DNA from: Trichoplax sp. H2
Lineage: Eukaryota
Direction: 5' to 3'
NCBI GenBank assembly: GCA_003344405.1
Contig: NOWV01000160.1
Span: 124,001 to 181,049, forward strand
Length of the DNA stretch: 57,049 nucleotides
Shown in pieces: positions 40,330-55,605 of this stretch. Below the pieces are notes generated by a model. That model had not been told where the DNA came from and ran no database searches. It saw only the letters and a list, made by a program, of their open reading frames with translations. Every line of letters starts with the position of its first letter. Positions within the stretch are counted from its first letter, which is position 1. The translations under genes and the position numbers were made by a program.

Positions 40330-43018
40330 TCATAAGTTAGAATGTTGCGTAACTAATGGCGTAACTTCATTAAATTGATCGGCAGTCGAGATGGTTGATC
40401 TTTCCAATAGGTTTTCTGTAGACGAGCATTCACTGACATCTACTACCACATTCGGTAAATTATTGCTAGCAGAAACTGTTTCGTGACCGACTGAAATCTG
40501 ATTGCTATCATTAGCATCTATAGAAAGCTTGCAAAGCGGGCAATTGCGCTTTCCTTCTACCAAAAACCAAGGATCGATACATTTGCAATGATAGGCTGCA
40601 ATGATCGGTCATAAATCAGGTTAGTACAATTAAGTGAAACTAATTTTACAATTTAAGATTACATATAAGGTTGCATTCATCATTTGCTAACGTATTCTTA
40701 TGTTATAGAGCGATTCAATGTTTAAAAGCAATCGTATCTTCATCGCCACGAACTAATTATCTTTAGCAATTTACCTTTACACTTATACACTTTCTGACAA
40801 AAATAATTACTAGGAAAATTACAGGCAGCGATAAGTAACCATATACAGTATGAGTTATAGTAAGCATTAAGATAGAAAAATCAAGATTCGAGAAAGGGAA
40901 AGTTAGCAAATTGCCATGAATTCTATCCCAGTAATCTATGTTGCAAAACAAGCCAAACTTACCATGTTTACATGGCAATATTCTTATCCTATCTTTCAGC
41001 GCAAAGTCATCAATACAAATAGCACACATATCTTGACAATCTAAAGCTAATATAAATACGCATTAATTGTAGATTTTAGTTTTTATTATACGTAAGCAGT
41101 TTTTTAACAATTACTTTAAATGTCTTGCAAGTAATCTATATATGATACCCCAAAAATTATCAAACTATGTAATTGAATCGCCAAAATAAATTATAAATTT
41201 TCATGCCAATATTAAATTACCTTCTGAATATTTAAAAATTGGAACAGTTTTATCTAAGCGCCTCCGAGCTACTTTATTTTGATACTGTCGATGGCAAAAT
41301 ACATAAGAATACCTAATAATCTAGATGGTTTACAAGAATAGAATTACGAAGAAATCGTATTGAAACAACATCGAAGTAAGATAGATAGGCAGGCACCAGA
41401 CAATATATATTAAACTCCCTGCTTGCAAGCCAATTTAGTGAATTAGTTAATTTGTAGAAATATTACTTTTCACACAGGTAGTATAAACTGTACATTGTAC
41501 AATAATAATATACTAGATGCTAGTCTGAAACTGAAATCTTTCCAAAAACTTTTTATGTGCAACGAATTTAATTTATTCCAGGTTACTTACCACGCCTAGT
41601 ACTATAGCAACACATGTGACAGCCACAGTCCCTAAAGAGGTTACATAATAACTCCAAGGAACAGGTAATGTTGGAGTAATTTTAATGGTACTCCTATCGA
41701 TCAAATGATATCCCAAAGCTAAATTATAAACATCTACCAATTTCATTATTATTTCTTCTTTTGTTAACAATCTATACTGATATTTATTACTATATGGATA
41801 AACAATACAACTATGCGTACATAACAGTCCTTAAATATTAGTTTTAAAATTAGTGTAAGTGCCAATATACCACCATTCATTAAGAAATATTTCCTTCTAT
41901 GATACCTTCAATTCTACCTACTCATTATGATAGCAATAAAATAAAGTAGTTCTTACCTTGAAATGTAATTGAAGGCATCTGATAATTGGGCTCCGGTATC
42001 CTATAAAAATGTAAGTACGATGACAATTCTAATCGTCAGTATAATATCACCTGATATAAATGCTATCTTAACTAATGGATTTTAGTACAAAATTGGAGTT
42101 TAAGATAAGCTGAATTGTTAACATACTCATAAAAATGATGGTCTCATATTTTTATATGGAAAATTGTTTTTAACTTACCGATCCAACAAATACTGATGGG
42201 ATTTGAATTTTGTTAACAACTAGATCAATAGAATAGAAACTACTAAAATCAAGTGTCTTTGAATTATTATTTATATGAGCGCTCATAAATAAAAATTGAT
42301 TCTATCAATCTGAGTTATCCTTCGCAAAACTTACATAAAACACCGTTCATTTGGATTAGTTCATTAGAATCTCGATTAAATATTATAGCAGCTCGATATC
42401 CAGCTAATTGTGCGTTGTAAACTTTGGGAGAATAGGGACAATTACCCTGTCGTATTAGTGCAAACCAATTCGGACCAGTATATGGAGGGGGTTGAATAGG
42501 AGAACAACCATCCCTTGGTATGGCATTTACTATCGTTCCCTGTCAGAAACGAAGAAAAGAAGAAAATCGCTGAAGTACCAACGGAAAATTATCATGTAGC
42601 AACGATACACTTGTTTGATTATCTTTAATGTTATATGCCTACGATGCTATTACAAAAGCAAATCAGCGCTATCTTCTAGTTCTCTCAAGGCCCTACTAAA
42701 TATCTAAGCATATCTTTCAATCGAACAATAATTTCTCCTCACCGTTAAACCTTGTTTAGGTAGCCGATCGCCAAAATTTGCAGGAATGTCAACGAATGAA
42801 AATGTTTTGTTAGCTGTAGTTATCTACAACGATTAAAACCATAAACACATGATTAAAAGATCGATGATATTGATGCTATTACATTATTTCCGATAAATTA
42901 CATATACTGATAAGTCGTTTATTAGTTATTAACATCAAGAGCTAACCACAATAACTTCGGCATTGCCATAGCACAGCATTAATACCATAATTAAAGCTAT
43001 AAACGCTTTCTTTGTCAT
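40330..43018 (-). CDS. RNF13/RNF167-like PA-TM-RING-H2 E3 ubiquitin ligase, paralog A
   Basis: Signal MTKKAFIALIMVLMLCYGNA, PA domain (DIPANFGDRLP, WFALIRQGNC..KVYNAQLAGYRAAII, IQIPSVFVG), TM, RING CAICIDDF..RILPCKH|AYHCKCIDPW..CPLCK, tail EVTPLV. About 9 exons. Confidence 0.92.
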
Positions 43019-45261
43019 TTCGATATCGTTATACACGCTCACTTATCCCGAGAAAAGATGGTGCATATAAATAAAAAATTGGATAAAGTCAACACGAAAG
43101 TCTTAGACACATTGTCACGAATTTAAAGAATCGCTCTTAAGTATCAGCTTCGTGGATTGATAGAGCTATTAATAGCTAAATCGAATCTTACTAGTGTTAG
43201 TATTTCACCACTATTATCGCGTAATAACGGTTAAAACATCAATCATGACAGCTTGCGAGCTATAAACTAGAATCTATCAACATCAAGACTACTAAAATCA
43301 GGGAACTTCAATAATGGCTATTTTTAAGATGACAATAAAATGACGACTAGAATAAAGCTGAAGCTAGTTCTGGTACTAGCGTATAATGAGGTACGATTAT
43401 TTCATTTTAATTTACCAAAATCAATTGATTCTAGCCTTAATTTTTTATTTGGAAGAAAGTCTTCAATCCAGGTAAACTAAGCGCAAAATGCTTGACAGCA
43501 GGTTGTATAAAAGATATATACTCGTCCTACAGTCTAAAATGTGCAGAATAATGAAGATATTATAACTCTGCGAGCCAACAGGTAATACTGCAATCATTAC
43601 CGGTATGAGGTTTGGGTGTGAAAAAATGATTATTATAATGGGAATTTTATTTAGACAATCATAGAAACTAATAGATTGTCAATTATACTCGCCATATGTT
43701 CTTTTATATTGTCAATATGCCTGCCAATCGGTTAATTTCATCATTATTGTAGGCTATTTTTAAATATTGATACCGCCAGACTGTAGCTACACGGAAACAT
43801 GCCCTTCTGACAATAGAATGTGCAAATAAGGAATAGTATTACGAAATTGCTCGATCTGAATGATTTTACAATAAAATATTAACAAAATTACGTGAATTTT
43901 CATTAATTTTTTGCTATAGCCTCGTTTGAAAATGATAAAAAATTTAAATATAAAATTACGTAAGGTACTGAAAGCAATGGTATAATACATTCAGACCTTA
44001 GATTATGTACAATATCCATATTTGACTACATCTGAGCAAATTAGCGTTCTATGAAAATACAGCACTATAAGAAGACTACGTGAAAGCAATATTGAAATTT
44101 TAATTTATGTATAAGTTATCTGATTGGAATAATCTAGTAAGTAATACGCTTAAATACAGTATAACAATGGTTACGGTTAATACAGTATACTCAGTACGAA
44201 GCAACAGTGCTAATGTAAAGTAAAAAATGCAAGTACCTACAGCACGTCAAGTATAATGAGTGTGGATTCTACTACACTTATTATAAATGAAGTCCTTTTT
44301 TTCTGTTTAGTAGTTTCAGCTAATTACAGTAGTAATTAAAACACGGTAGCATTAAGAAGTAGAATAGTTTATTATGCTTATAATCTCGTGTCACGTTAGA
44401 GATTTGCTTAATTTTAATAACTCAGATTTTAAGTTAGACGATTGCGAACCTAAGGGATTGTAAAACCCAAGCACTACATTCTGATATGGATTAATTAAAG
44501 ATGTAAAATGTGATACGAGATCGTTTTTAGCCCTGAAGACTTATAAAATTTACACCGTTTACAGTGATATCTATTGGATACTCTAATTTATCAAAAACCT
44601 TAAAGAGCTCAAAAAATGAATTTATAAAACAGTGGCTTTAAACGCAATCATGCTATTTATAACGGTTTAAAACTGGCATAATATATGATAGAACGACTAT
44701 TGCTGATATCACTGAAATATTTCTTAAACTTATTTATTACATTTCTTCACGATTACAATTATATCATTTTAAATCATATTCTTTCAGCATTACTATTAGA
44801 ATTCTACAAAATTATTGATATTTTCTATTCTATATCATAATTATTGACCACTGTTTAATTTAAAATTACATTATTATAATATACTGTACATTATGCTCTA
44901 CAATTCTAGAGGCCCGCATTTATAGCCTTGTTTCTGCATCATCATCAAACTAAGGCTAAAGTTATATTGCATTATAAGAGTAAGCTTCATTTTATAAAAT
45001 AGTAAATAGCTAATTTTAAAAATTAAGATTTGGAGACTCATATTAGTTTTGCATGGGAATAAAATGATTTGTATTCGACATGGAAAGATTCTATCCTCTC
45101 TAATTAATATCTAAATTTAACCTCATGAAGATTTAATTGAAATCTAATCGGCTAAGAAGATTCAGAATTCATTATAAGCAGCTACAGTAATTCATATACA
45201 AAATTGTCCTAAATAAAATTTCGATCAAGGGGTTTACTACAATAATCAGCATTAATTAAGA

Positions 45262-48200
45262 TTATTTTGGAGAGTCAGAAAGAGTTAGTTCAGGTTGTAG
45301 ATTATACAACATTAGCGGTGTCGATTCAGAAGTGCCAGTGGCTCCCAGTGCCGCTTCCGCGCCCTCGTGATTTGTAATTGCTGATGCTGCATATTGGTTA
45401 GGTTCGGTTTCTTCCTCTGTACGATTGCATTCACAATCTGTTTGCTCCGCTTTCTTGTTAATAGGCTGCTTGCACAAGGGACAAGTGCTTTTATCTTGGC
45501 CTAATATCCAAGGATCAATACATCGAGCATGGAAAGCTAAAGTAGCCAAATCATATGAAACACTATATTATTACATTGAAGCTTGACTAAAATGTTTGAT
45601 GGAATTATCGTGAAAGTTTCACAGTGCTACAGATTTTTCAAAATTTCTAAATTCTAGTCATGGAGTCCATTACGAATTTAAAATGCATGCCCATTTACCA
45701 TGATTGCAAGGCAAAAGTCTCAGCTTATCATTATCTTCATAATCTTCCAAGCAAACAGCGCAAACATCGTAAATTTGATCGTCTCGACCTAAAAATGCAA
45801 AGACAGCAAGAATTGAGACATTACGTTTTTGGAATTAATGATGCAGTTTTAAAATGATATACCATACAGTAATATTTGGAGAAATTTTTACTATTTAGTT
45901 ATGGTTACATAAAGGAAGAACAGAACCAGAAATATTGTATTTTCCATATAGCTGATATTTAATTGATCTAATCTGGCTTAAAATAATGTTTCCTTTCATT
46001 TATTTGCAAGGCCTAAAATGTCACCGGTGATGCATATTCATATTTAAAAACGTATTAATTAGAAATATTTCAGCCTTCTCAATATCTTAATTAATAAACT
46101 TTACCTATCTCTATTAATCATTCAGAGTATTAAAAGAAACTATTACTGGTTTAAGAGAATTTGTATTCAATTGAAGTAATATGAAACAAGAATTGTTCCA
46201 TCACCCTCCCTGAAATTAAGAAAATTACTCAAGTCAAATTTATCACCTTTACTATTATTTATAAGTCAATGAGTTTATTTTGATATTGAAAAATTATGTA
46301 ATGAATCATAACATAAGTTTTCACCAATATTGTACAGCATATATACTTATACGTTGTATGCGTGCTATATGAATATCGGTGTAGTTCTATAATACATCAT
46401 TCATTATCTCCTTGTCAGTTGTCCATCGGTTATATAAACTATCCTGTTTTCGCCTAGAGTATATTGTAATTTTCTCTGTCTCAATAAATCAGTTCTTCTT
46501 CGCTCTAACTTGTCTCTTGTATTTCACTGAAAATTAATTCATCAAATCCCAGTAAACATTCTAACCTCTTACGATATAGATATGAAGAGATCAATCTTCT
46601 GCATATGAAAATTAGCAAATTTAGCCCTCAAGTCAATTAATTGCATCCAGTTTCATACTTTGCAGAAAATAGATCCCTAAGTATAGCGCGATGATAAATA
46701 GTAAGATTGCGGCACTAATCCGTAGGAGTTTCAAAGGTACTATATTTAGGTACAGAATGGTCAAGGGCTATTAATGAAAAATTTAGGAGTGACAGCCATA
46801 GCCTTAAGTGAAAATGTAAGGCACCTCTGTTGATGGCATCAACGTGTCTCGGTAACTAGTACAGTAACTAGATTATGATCGACTTAGAGTGTAGGATGGC
46901 AATTACGCTGGCTTGCAGTTCCTCTTTCGAGGCATATTAAGTATGGAGCTGGGTAAGGAAATCGATAGCCTGAATTAGATTAAAATTTGAGATGTTTGGA
47001 GAATAATTTGGTAAATATGTTTGTCAGCATGTTGTAATGCGGATATATAAATGACTGATTCCTATCGGGGGAGTTTAGTTCTAAGATCTAGCTGCGTCCG
47101 GTATAGATTAGGTTATCTGAATTTGCTACTATAATATTTAACAATTAAATTCAGTAATAACTTGCTTTATCCGCAAACATTATATGTTATTCTACAATAG
47201 GCTATTTAATACTATGCATAACTAATAAATTTGGGTTAAAATTAGCTGCTTATGCAAGGTGCTGCATTTGGTAACAGCAATCTAACAGATAGCTAATTGA
47301 CGAGATTAAATGCTCTACCTTTCTTAAACTTTTTAGTTGGTAAAGAATCGACGCGTCGACGAAGCCTGTTTCGATCTCGATGCTTCTGAACCATCATATG
47401 CAAACCACTGATTGCCTTTTAATTACAATCATGAATAGCAACGATTATAAATTAAAATTATTATTTATCTTATCAGGAGAAAGCTATGAATTGAGATAGT
47501 TATTCTGATAGTAACTTTTTAAGTTCAACCTGATCAAATATCTACTTTGGAATGAAAGCATATAAAGTATACCGTACATACCAGTCCTAATAGCATCAGA
47601 ATACAAATTACTCCAATCATTACAAAAGGTAAGCAGTAAAAAGTCCATAATGATGGAAACGTTCTAGCCAAAACTATTGTCGCTCTAGTGACAAAAATTA
47701 GAAATAGACAATTCAAAATAAATGCCTGAATCTCTGGATTAATATTTGCTTCTCTTTTATTTCGATTAGTGAATAAATTAAGGTACCCCGTGGCATAAAA
47801 GAAAGACTCTCGCAGAGCAAATCCAGTTTCCTAAAGTCATAAAGACACAATAAGCCGTGCAAAAAATCCTAAAATTCAAACTGATTTGATTAATTAATAT
47901 TTATTATCTTCATTTTCATTTGGGAGTTCTCATTACAATTATCATACACTAGAGTCAAATCTACATTTAAAAGCATCGGTAAGTCCTCAGGATGAGAGTA
48001 CATTGGGTATTTCCCTAGCTGTTAAATTTATTCATGGTTCTGACTAATTTGACCAGTAAATAACAACAACGATGGTAGAATTATATTATTGACAGAGAAA
48101 TCGATTACATCTGAAATTGAATACTAATGAACTTTAAGATTAAAAGTTTTAGCCTCTATTTAATATAAATGTATAACTAGATATGCTGTCGATTACTTAA

Positions 48201-49962
48201 AATGCGAAACCGTAGAAAGCACCTGCTTTTGATCACACTAAAATGATGAAAGGATTAATTTAATGGTTAACAATTTTTTCCTTTTATAGCTGCTCGTAGA
48301 TGGATTAATATTAGTATCTACCAAAATAAATTTAAATACTCTTAGCTTAAGTCTAATATATGGATTGATTTAACGCTATTTCTGTATTTGAAATATAGTA
48401 ATAATGACTAGATAGCGTAACTTTAAGTTCTAAAATTCTGTATGAATTAGTGATGAAATCTTTAGCACTAGCTGATATTACAAACATTTCTAGCATAAAT
48501 AGTTCTTTACTAATACTGCAAATCAGTACCATTTCGTTTAAAAGATCTCCGTATGGTAAAATTTGACGTTAACTTTGTACTAAATTAGTGAGAACAATTC
48601 TCAATGGCTAGTTTTAGATAAATTGTAGCAAAGATGATTACATTTAGAGATTCAGTGTTTGCTATTAAAGATATTTGCTTAGTAATATGATTATTGGCCA
48701 ATTTTTGCAACGCTTGGTCTACTCATATAGAATGATGTGATTATGATAACGAAGGCTTTAGTGAACATTCTAAAGGTTTAAGTTATCTATATTTTGAAGA
48801 CTCATAGGTAGATTTCTATCGTGCATAATACAATTAAATCTGCTCTAGTACAGCCAAAATAATGAATAGCTCTACTAGAACATTATTCTTAGTCAATTTA
48901 GAACTGGAATACGTATATATTTGTTAATTGTAAGACTTGATGACAATTAAATGTAGAATTTTCTGTTGATAGTATTTTAGTCTTAGAAGTTAGTCACAAT
49001 TTAGTCTACTCAATACTAATATTAAAATTAAAAATAAGACATATAATCAATCTTATCATCAAAATATTCAAACTTACTTCGCCGACAAAAATTGAAGGTA
49101 TCTGAACAACTGCGAAGTCTAAAATACAATTAAGCAACTATCGTTTATAAACGATCGTAATATAATAAATGGTGAATAAAACACGCAAACTATTCCCCTA
49201 TTCCTTAAATCAGAGGACAATTTTAATATCTTTCTAATAGAAATAATTAAACACCTGGTCCACCTTCCATTCGTGTTATTTCATTGGATCCACCATTATT
49301 ATATACGATAGCGGCAGCGTATCCAGCCTGTTGGGCCGTATAAACTTTGACAGAAAAATCACATCCGCCACGCCTAATGACCACAAACCAATTTAATTTA
49401 GATGAATTATAAGGCGGCGGACGAATTGTGGAGCAGGCATCTATTGGATTAGCTGTATTAATAATGCCCTGAAATAGAATTTTCAGAGTTCAATTTAGCA
49501 ATAATCTTAAATTTACTCATTTATTAGTTACATAAGAGCGCATATAAGTCGGATTTCATAACCACTATGCCTTGCAAAACTACATTTTAGAACAGAAACG
49601 CACTCTCAGTCCATTCATCGGAAGGCGAGGTCCAAATTTTGCTTCCAAACTTGGAAACACGAATGTTACGTTGGTTGCTGTGGTCTAAAGATAGAAATTC
49701 AATAAGTAACCTAATTTCGTTATTTTAAGTTAGTTATATCATTTAATCTCATCATCCTATCACTTTTCTACGTACGACTGTAACTATGAATTGGACTAGT
49801 ACAGATCAAGGCAACATTATCTCAGTCGAATCCTAAGCAAGTGAGTCAATTAGTTTTTAATAGTATTTTACTTACCGCATAAAGCTCACCATTGACCTTG
49901 TGTAGCAATAAAATTAACGCTACAGTAGAAGCAAGATAATACTTGACCATTAATACGGACAT
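45262..49962 (-). CDS. RNF13/RNF167-like PA-TM-RING-H2 E3 ubiquitin ligase, paralog B
   Basis: Signal exon from ATG 49962, PA domain ([51 protein letters not shown]), [43 protein letters not shown], tail ESTPLM. Intron positions match paralog A. Confidence 0.92.
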
Positions 49963-52220
49963 ATTTGCTAGAAAGAATGGCGTGGTCCTAACTATATCCA
50001 GAGTACCCAAATGAGTAGGAATGGATAAGTTTTCTTACGAAAGTATTATATTATCAAATTAATAGAAATAATGCAATATTGAGCGGATCGAGAACTATAT
50101 AGAATTAAATGATCAGGAACAGAGGAAATAGACACTATTTCATATACTGTAGGGATTAAAATAAAGAGAATTAATATTCGAAAGTTAAGAGCTAATATCT
50201 CAGGCGTATATCCGCGTATGGAAAGTCTACAATTATTCAAAACTTGTTGTAAAACTTGTACCATGAACAAAAATTTAGTGCGAGTAGTTTAGGCAATTAT
50301 ACAATTAATTAATTAATGATATTCAAGCGTATTGCTCTATATCTGATATTTCTATTCACATCATTTTCTAGTATAGTTAAAAATATGCGTAACATAATAC
50401 TTTTCGTCTAGATCAGAATGCAATATTTACTAATTATTGAAATGCGTTAGTTTGCATTCTTTAGCGATAGCATTCAATTGTAATGGACGTAAATGAAAAC
50501 TTAGAAAGCTAACGAAGTTTATTTCAAAATGCAATTGACAAAATTTAAGGATAACTATCATCGGAGACTATTGAATAAATATTCAACTATTCTTTCGTGT
50601 CAGAACTATATTGTAATAACTTCTACAATCCCAAAATCTAGCGTACAAGTAGCAGCTATTTATTTTTCGATTATTCTTGATCGATCGATGGATGGTACGG
50701 TGTGATTGTATCGTTGAAAATCTGCTTAGCTATTTCGATGGTCGAAATGTACTGAAATTACTTATCGTTGTCTACTTGCTGTCTGATTAAATTTAAAATT
50801 TTGAACATTTTCAATTCCATATCTAGGTAGAATATTTATAAAACACTTCTGATACACTAAATGACCTATTCGATAACGTTGCCATACCCAGGTAGATCAT
50901 AAACCATATTGGAATTGCACTTGTTGGTGTGGAAAGTACCGCAAAGCTTGGATTAAAACTGCTATCGTATGTAACACCAACGGGACAAACATAAGTGACA
51001 AGTCGATAAAAATAGGAATTAAACGTCAGGCAGCATATGCTTTATAAATACGCTAAGCTTTATCGCTTGCAATGATCAATATAAGTATTATACAAGGACA
51101 AGAGTGTGTACCGTATCCCGTGATATATATATATACACAGTGTATGAGATTTAAATATGCAAAAAAGTGACGTTACATTCGACCACTTTCTTAATATTCC
51201 AGATTGCAAGCGTTATGAGCTAGGAATAGCCCTAACTTGCAACAAGGATTGAGAGGATGATTTCTATCCTCTACTACTGTTATTTGGAATACCAGACAAT
51301 TGGTATTCCAAGGCAGTTAGGGTTTAACACAAGGAGACCTTCAAGACTTACTAGAAAATCACAAGCTAATATATTATCGGCGAACTCGCCGTTATATAGG
51401 TTTCGGACGTAAAACCGGTTTAGCTACAAAAGTCACCTAGTCTATTAGAAATTAACCAAATTAATACCCAAAAGAGATTCTATCTGTACAGATTAGATAC
51501 AGTCTAATCCTATTAAATTTACTGTAACAGTATTAAAATAATCAATGCTTATAGATAGTTTAACAGATAAATATAAAGCTATCCTACTAAGACATTTCCT
51601 CTAAAGAATTGTACTTTGAATCTGAACAACCAAGGGGGTGATACATATAATCCAGTTTAGCTGGTTGGCAGTTACTATTTTAAAGTCTATGTAATCCTAA
51701 ATTAAGGATATCAACTGTTAACCACTAAAATTACAACTAAGGAGACCGTAAATCATTTCTGAGATATAAACACATATAGAACGTAACATAGAAATAAAGT
51801 ATACGTCACGAAGATTACTTTCGTGACACAAAGACAACAATAAATTTTATTTTGTTTAGGAAAAGAATATCAATATACATTACATTTCAACCCGCTTTAC
51901 TAAAGCGAAACGTAAGTAAGGTCGGGTACAAACATTATGTACAATTGGACAGTAACTTCAGAAACACAACTGAAAAATCATTTTACCATGGGTCTATTAT
52001 CTAGCCAATGCTAACGTAATAATCAACAGTTAAGGGAAGAATATTGTCGTTGAAAACTTTTCAATAGCATTGAATACCTAAAGCTACCAATTTTTAAAAC
52101 ATACATTCGGATAAAGCTACATAAATTCTTCTCATCCCTGCATGCAGATGTCAAAATTTACACTACGCTTTGATGATATTCCATAATGATAAGAAATATA
52201 AAATTACAAGGTGAATGATA

Positions 52221-54903
52221 TCAATTGGATTTACCAACATCATCTTGGCCTTTCTTACTGCTACTATAATGCCTATATTCGGGTTTTAACTCCCATAAAT
52301 TTCGATATCGTTTTTCCTTTGTATTGAATTGTCCAATTTCGTGCATAATTCCTTTAAGGTACATCTAATACGGTGAAATCATACATTTAGGTTGATCAAC
52401 ATTGGGATATTGGTAAAAAGAGTACAAAATCAGTGGCATTTGGTGTCATATTCAATTTACTATTGAGTCGCATAGAAACGAGAGTGGAATAACTCTAGCT
52501 TTTACTTACCACAGGTTGTTGCGTAATGTCTGCTAAACTTTTAAGACTATAATATTGATGCTTTTCAAAAGCGGCAAATAACATCTCTTTTACGTGATCA
52601 CGATCAGCACGAGCTCTCTTGCCTTCTTCCTTCTTCTGTACAGGTACTCGAAGTTCAACATGATCAGAAACTGGACGATATGTATTAACAACTTGACTTA
52701 AAAACTTAGGTTGACGACGAGGAGATTTTGCAAGTTCTGTTTTTCTACGCTTGAGATTCAAATACATTCGTTCATTAAGCGCCCTTAGGTCAATTTTTCG
52801 TACAACTTTACCAACAATTTCTGGTTCTGCATGGAATGTTCAGTTTGAGATAGTTGGTAAGGCAATGTATCAATTTTGGGAATATTTTTGCTGTCACAAC
52901 AGTAAAAGACTACGGTATCTTTCAGAAACTTACCAGTCGATGTATCGGCGGCGTTGTCTATTGCTGAAAGGGTTATGCAACGTATTTTAACAGATTGTCA
53001 TAAAAATAGAGTAAATGGTTAGTATTGATAGCATACAATAGATTATACACTGAACGATTCATTAAGGCTTGCTACGATATATCAAGCATGATTTAGCTCA
53101 GATTTAGTTTACCACTGATTATTTGTATGGATTGAAACACTATAGCACCTTGGTTACCAATACTATTACTATGTATACTTGGAAATGTCTAACACTATGG
53201 CCATTCATAACCGCTATTCCAATTATAGCATGCAATGAACAAATTCAGCTTGAAATACTTACACAGTGATCGTTTTAACGCTACTTGATATTGTCCACAC
53301 TCATTGGAAACTAATTTATATTCCGTAGGAATATTTGCTTCGCCACTTGAAGTAGCTGTAGTTAAGCTATTTTCCAAAAGAAATAACATCTACATTGCAA
53401 AGATATATCATCATTTCAATTTAATCTTGCAAAAATTCACCCTATCACATAACAATGCTAAAGAAAGGGAAACTAACCTCTTCATTGGGGCCTTTTCTAT
53501 GTCATTACCAATTTAAGAATAAAACGTATAAATTCCAAATTAGGTATATTTGTGGTATCCTTATATCATACAACTCTTTGACGCATTAAAACCCTACAAA
53601 TAGGTAGCAATATAGTTTTGCGTAAACTTACTTTTGGATCTTGACGGAGCCTACCTTACCACTCTCTGACTTTTGCCAGGCCTGCGATACAAATTTAGGA
53701 ACCTATAACATAAAAATTAGCGAGAGGAACAACTTGAAAGGGTTCATTACATTGCCTACTCAATTCCTTTATAATTTTGTAGAAATTAGCAAGACGAACA
53801 ACTTGAAAGGGTTCATTGCATTGCCTACTCAATTCCTTTATAATTTTGTAGAAATTAGTGAGACGAACAACTATGAAGGGTTCATTACATTGCCGACTCA
53901 ATTCCTTAACAATTTTGTAAAAATTAGCGAGACGAACAACTTAAAAGGGTTCATTACATTGCCTACTCAATTCCTTTATAATTTTGTAGAAATTAGCAAG
54001 ACGAACAACTTGAAAGGGTTCATTGCATTGCCTACTCAATTCCTTTATAATTTTGTAGAAATTAGTGAGACGAACAACTTTGAAGGATTCATTACATTGC
54101 CGACTCAATTCCTTTACAATTTTGTAAAAATTAGCGAGACGAACAACTTAAAAGGGTTCATTACATTGCCTAGTCAATTCCTTTATAATTTTGTAATAAC
54201 TGTAAACCAGTCATTACTTGGATTTGCTGAATGCGATATTACACAGGCATCAGAGCTATCTCGAATGCTATGTTGTCAACGAGATTGTCAATAACTTGGC
54301 ATCGGCAATCGTTAACAATAATAATAAGAGTAAAAGGAAACGGGAAGAGTTCTTCTAGGCAATAAATTGGCTGAAAGTCTACATTATAGAGTGAACGATA
54401 TACCAACGGAACTCGTATGCGTCAATTTGCCGATAGCCAAGTCGAAATTTAATAATAATACTGCAACAATTGCTATGGCATGTGAATAGTAAATTAGTAA
54501 AGTAGACGCAATTAACTCTTTCGTTACCAATTATCAGTGGCGTGTTGCAACATCGATTGCCTACCATACGGCAAACTACTGAGAATCTTCAAGCCTACTG
54601 TAAGCAGACATTGCCATTTGCTTTAGTATTGCCGACTAATTATCAACTAATACAACGTTGGAATAACAGATAATGGTACTCTAATCAGCAAAGGCAATAT
54701 CAAGCGAAAACCATGTCAGTCAGAATGACTGTCTTGTATCGCCTATCTAATGTACTACGACGGATTTTATTGCCAGAGTCATTGAGTTGATCAATTTACA
54801 ATTCTTCATTAAAGTACTCTACTCGTAAGTAGTGTATTACCTTTAGCAACCAAACACTTTGATCGGCACTGGATACGTCCACAGATTCTTTACCATCATC
54901 CAT
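52221..54903 (-). CDS. GTF2F2: General transcription factor IIF subunit 2 (RAP30)
   Basis: Exon 1 54903-54841 (..ADQSVWLLK), VPKFVSQAW from 53702, a 19-nt micro-exon 53496-53478, KKEEGKRARADRDHVKEMLFAAFEKHQYY..ITQQPV, and YLKGIMHEIG..WELKPEYRHY. Stop at 52221. Confidence 0.95.
53710..54195. repeat. 63-bp minisatellite (about 7.7 copies) with 189-bp higher-order structure, in the first coding-region intron of GTF2F2
   Basis: Unit AAATTAG(C/T)(G/A)AGACGAACAACTTGAAAGGGTTCATTACATTGCCTACTCAATTCCTTTATAATTTTGT. Variants cycle in threes (GCG, GCA, GTG). Confidence 0.95.
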
Positions 54904-55214
54904 TCTGTTATTTCTATGTATCAACTGGAGTATAATCAACGCTGTTTTATCCTAGAGCTGGTTTCTGTGGTATTATCAAAGTCAAGAAAAAAAGTAAACA
55001 CCGTTAGCAGAGTTTTTTTGTAGTATACGAAATAAGTCGATTGCCAAGTTTGACAAAATTGAACTATTAACGCAAAGACAGTATTTTAATCGATATTAAA
55101 GTGGAGAGATGTTGACGGTAGGATTGCAATACGAGCCAATAAAAGCAAAATAAAATGAAATGATCCTGTCATCTCTAATCTTCCCGTAATAAAATGTAAG
55201 ATCGACGCTTCATT

Positions 55215-55605
55215 ATTGCTAAGAGGGAAATTGATTTCATTTTGTCATTGGATGGCTACCATGTTGTACGTGAAAGTATCGCCGATCGAGTCCTCTGGCA
55301 ACCCTAGCGATGGATGTCAATCTCAATTCATTGCTAAAAGGGAAATTGATTTCAGTGAAAGTATCGCCGATCGAGTCTTCTGGCAACCCTAGCGATGGAT
55401 GTCAATCTCAATCCATTGCTAAGAGGAAAATTGATTTCAGTGAAAGTATCGCCAATCGAGTCTTCTGGCAACCCTAGCCATGGATGTCAATCTCAATCCA
55501 TTGCTAAGAGGGAAATTGATTTCATTTTGTCATTTGATCGTTACCATGTTGCAAGTGAAAATATCGCAAATCGATGGCAACCCTAGCCATGGATATCAAT
55601 CTCAA
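55215..55605. repeat. Tandem repeat, about 4 copies of an 85/115-bp unit
   Basis: TTGCTAAGAGGGAAATTGATTTCA..GTGAAAGTATCGCCGATCGAGTC..TGGCAACCCTAGCGATGGATGTCAATCTCAAT repeated. The outer copies carry an extra segment of about 30 bp. Confidence 0.9.

Noticed and set aside
47563-47581. U12-like donor GTATACTTT in RNF13-like B with a purine-rich acceptor
   Set aside because: Mismatch at +5, no clear TCCTTAAC branch site, and a standard GTATGT donor lies 9 nt upstream. Junction reads would be needed.
53641-54294. 217-aa ORF with 21-aa repeats
   Set aside because: Translation of the 63-bp minisatellite, antisense within a GTF2F2 intron, with a TTG start.
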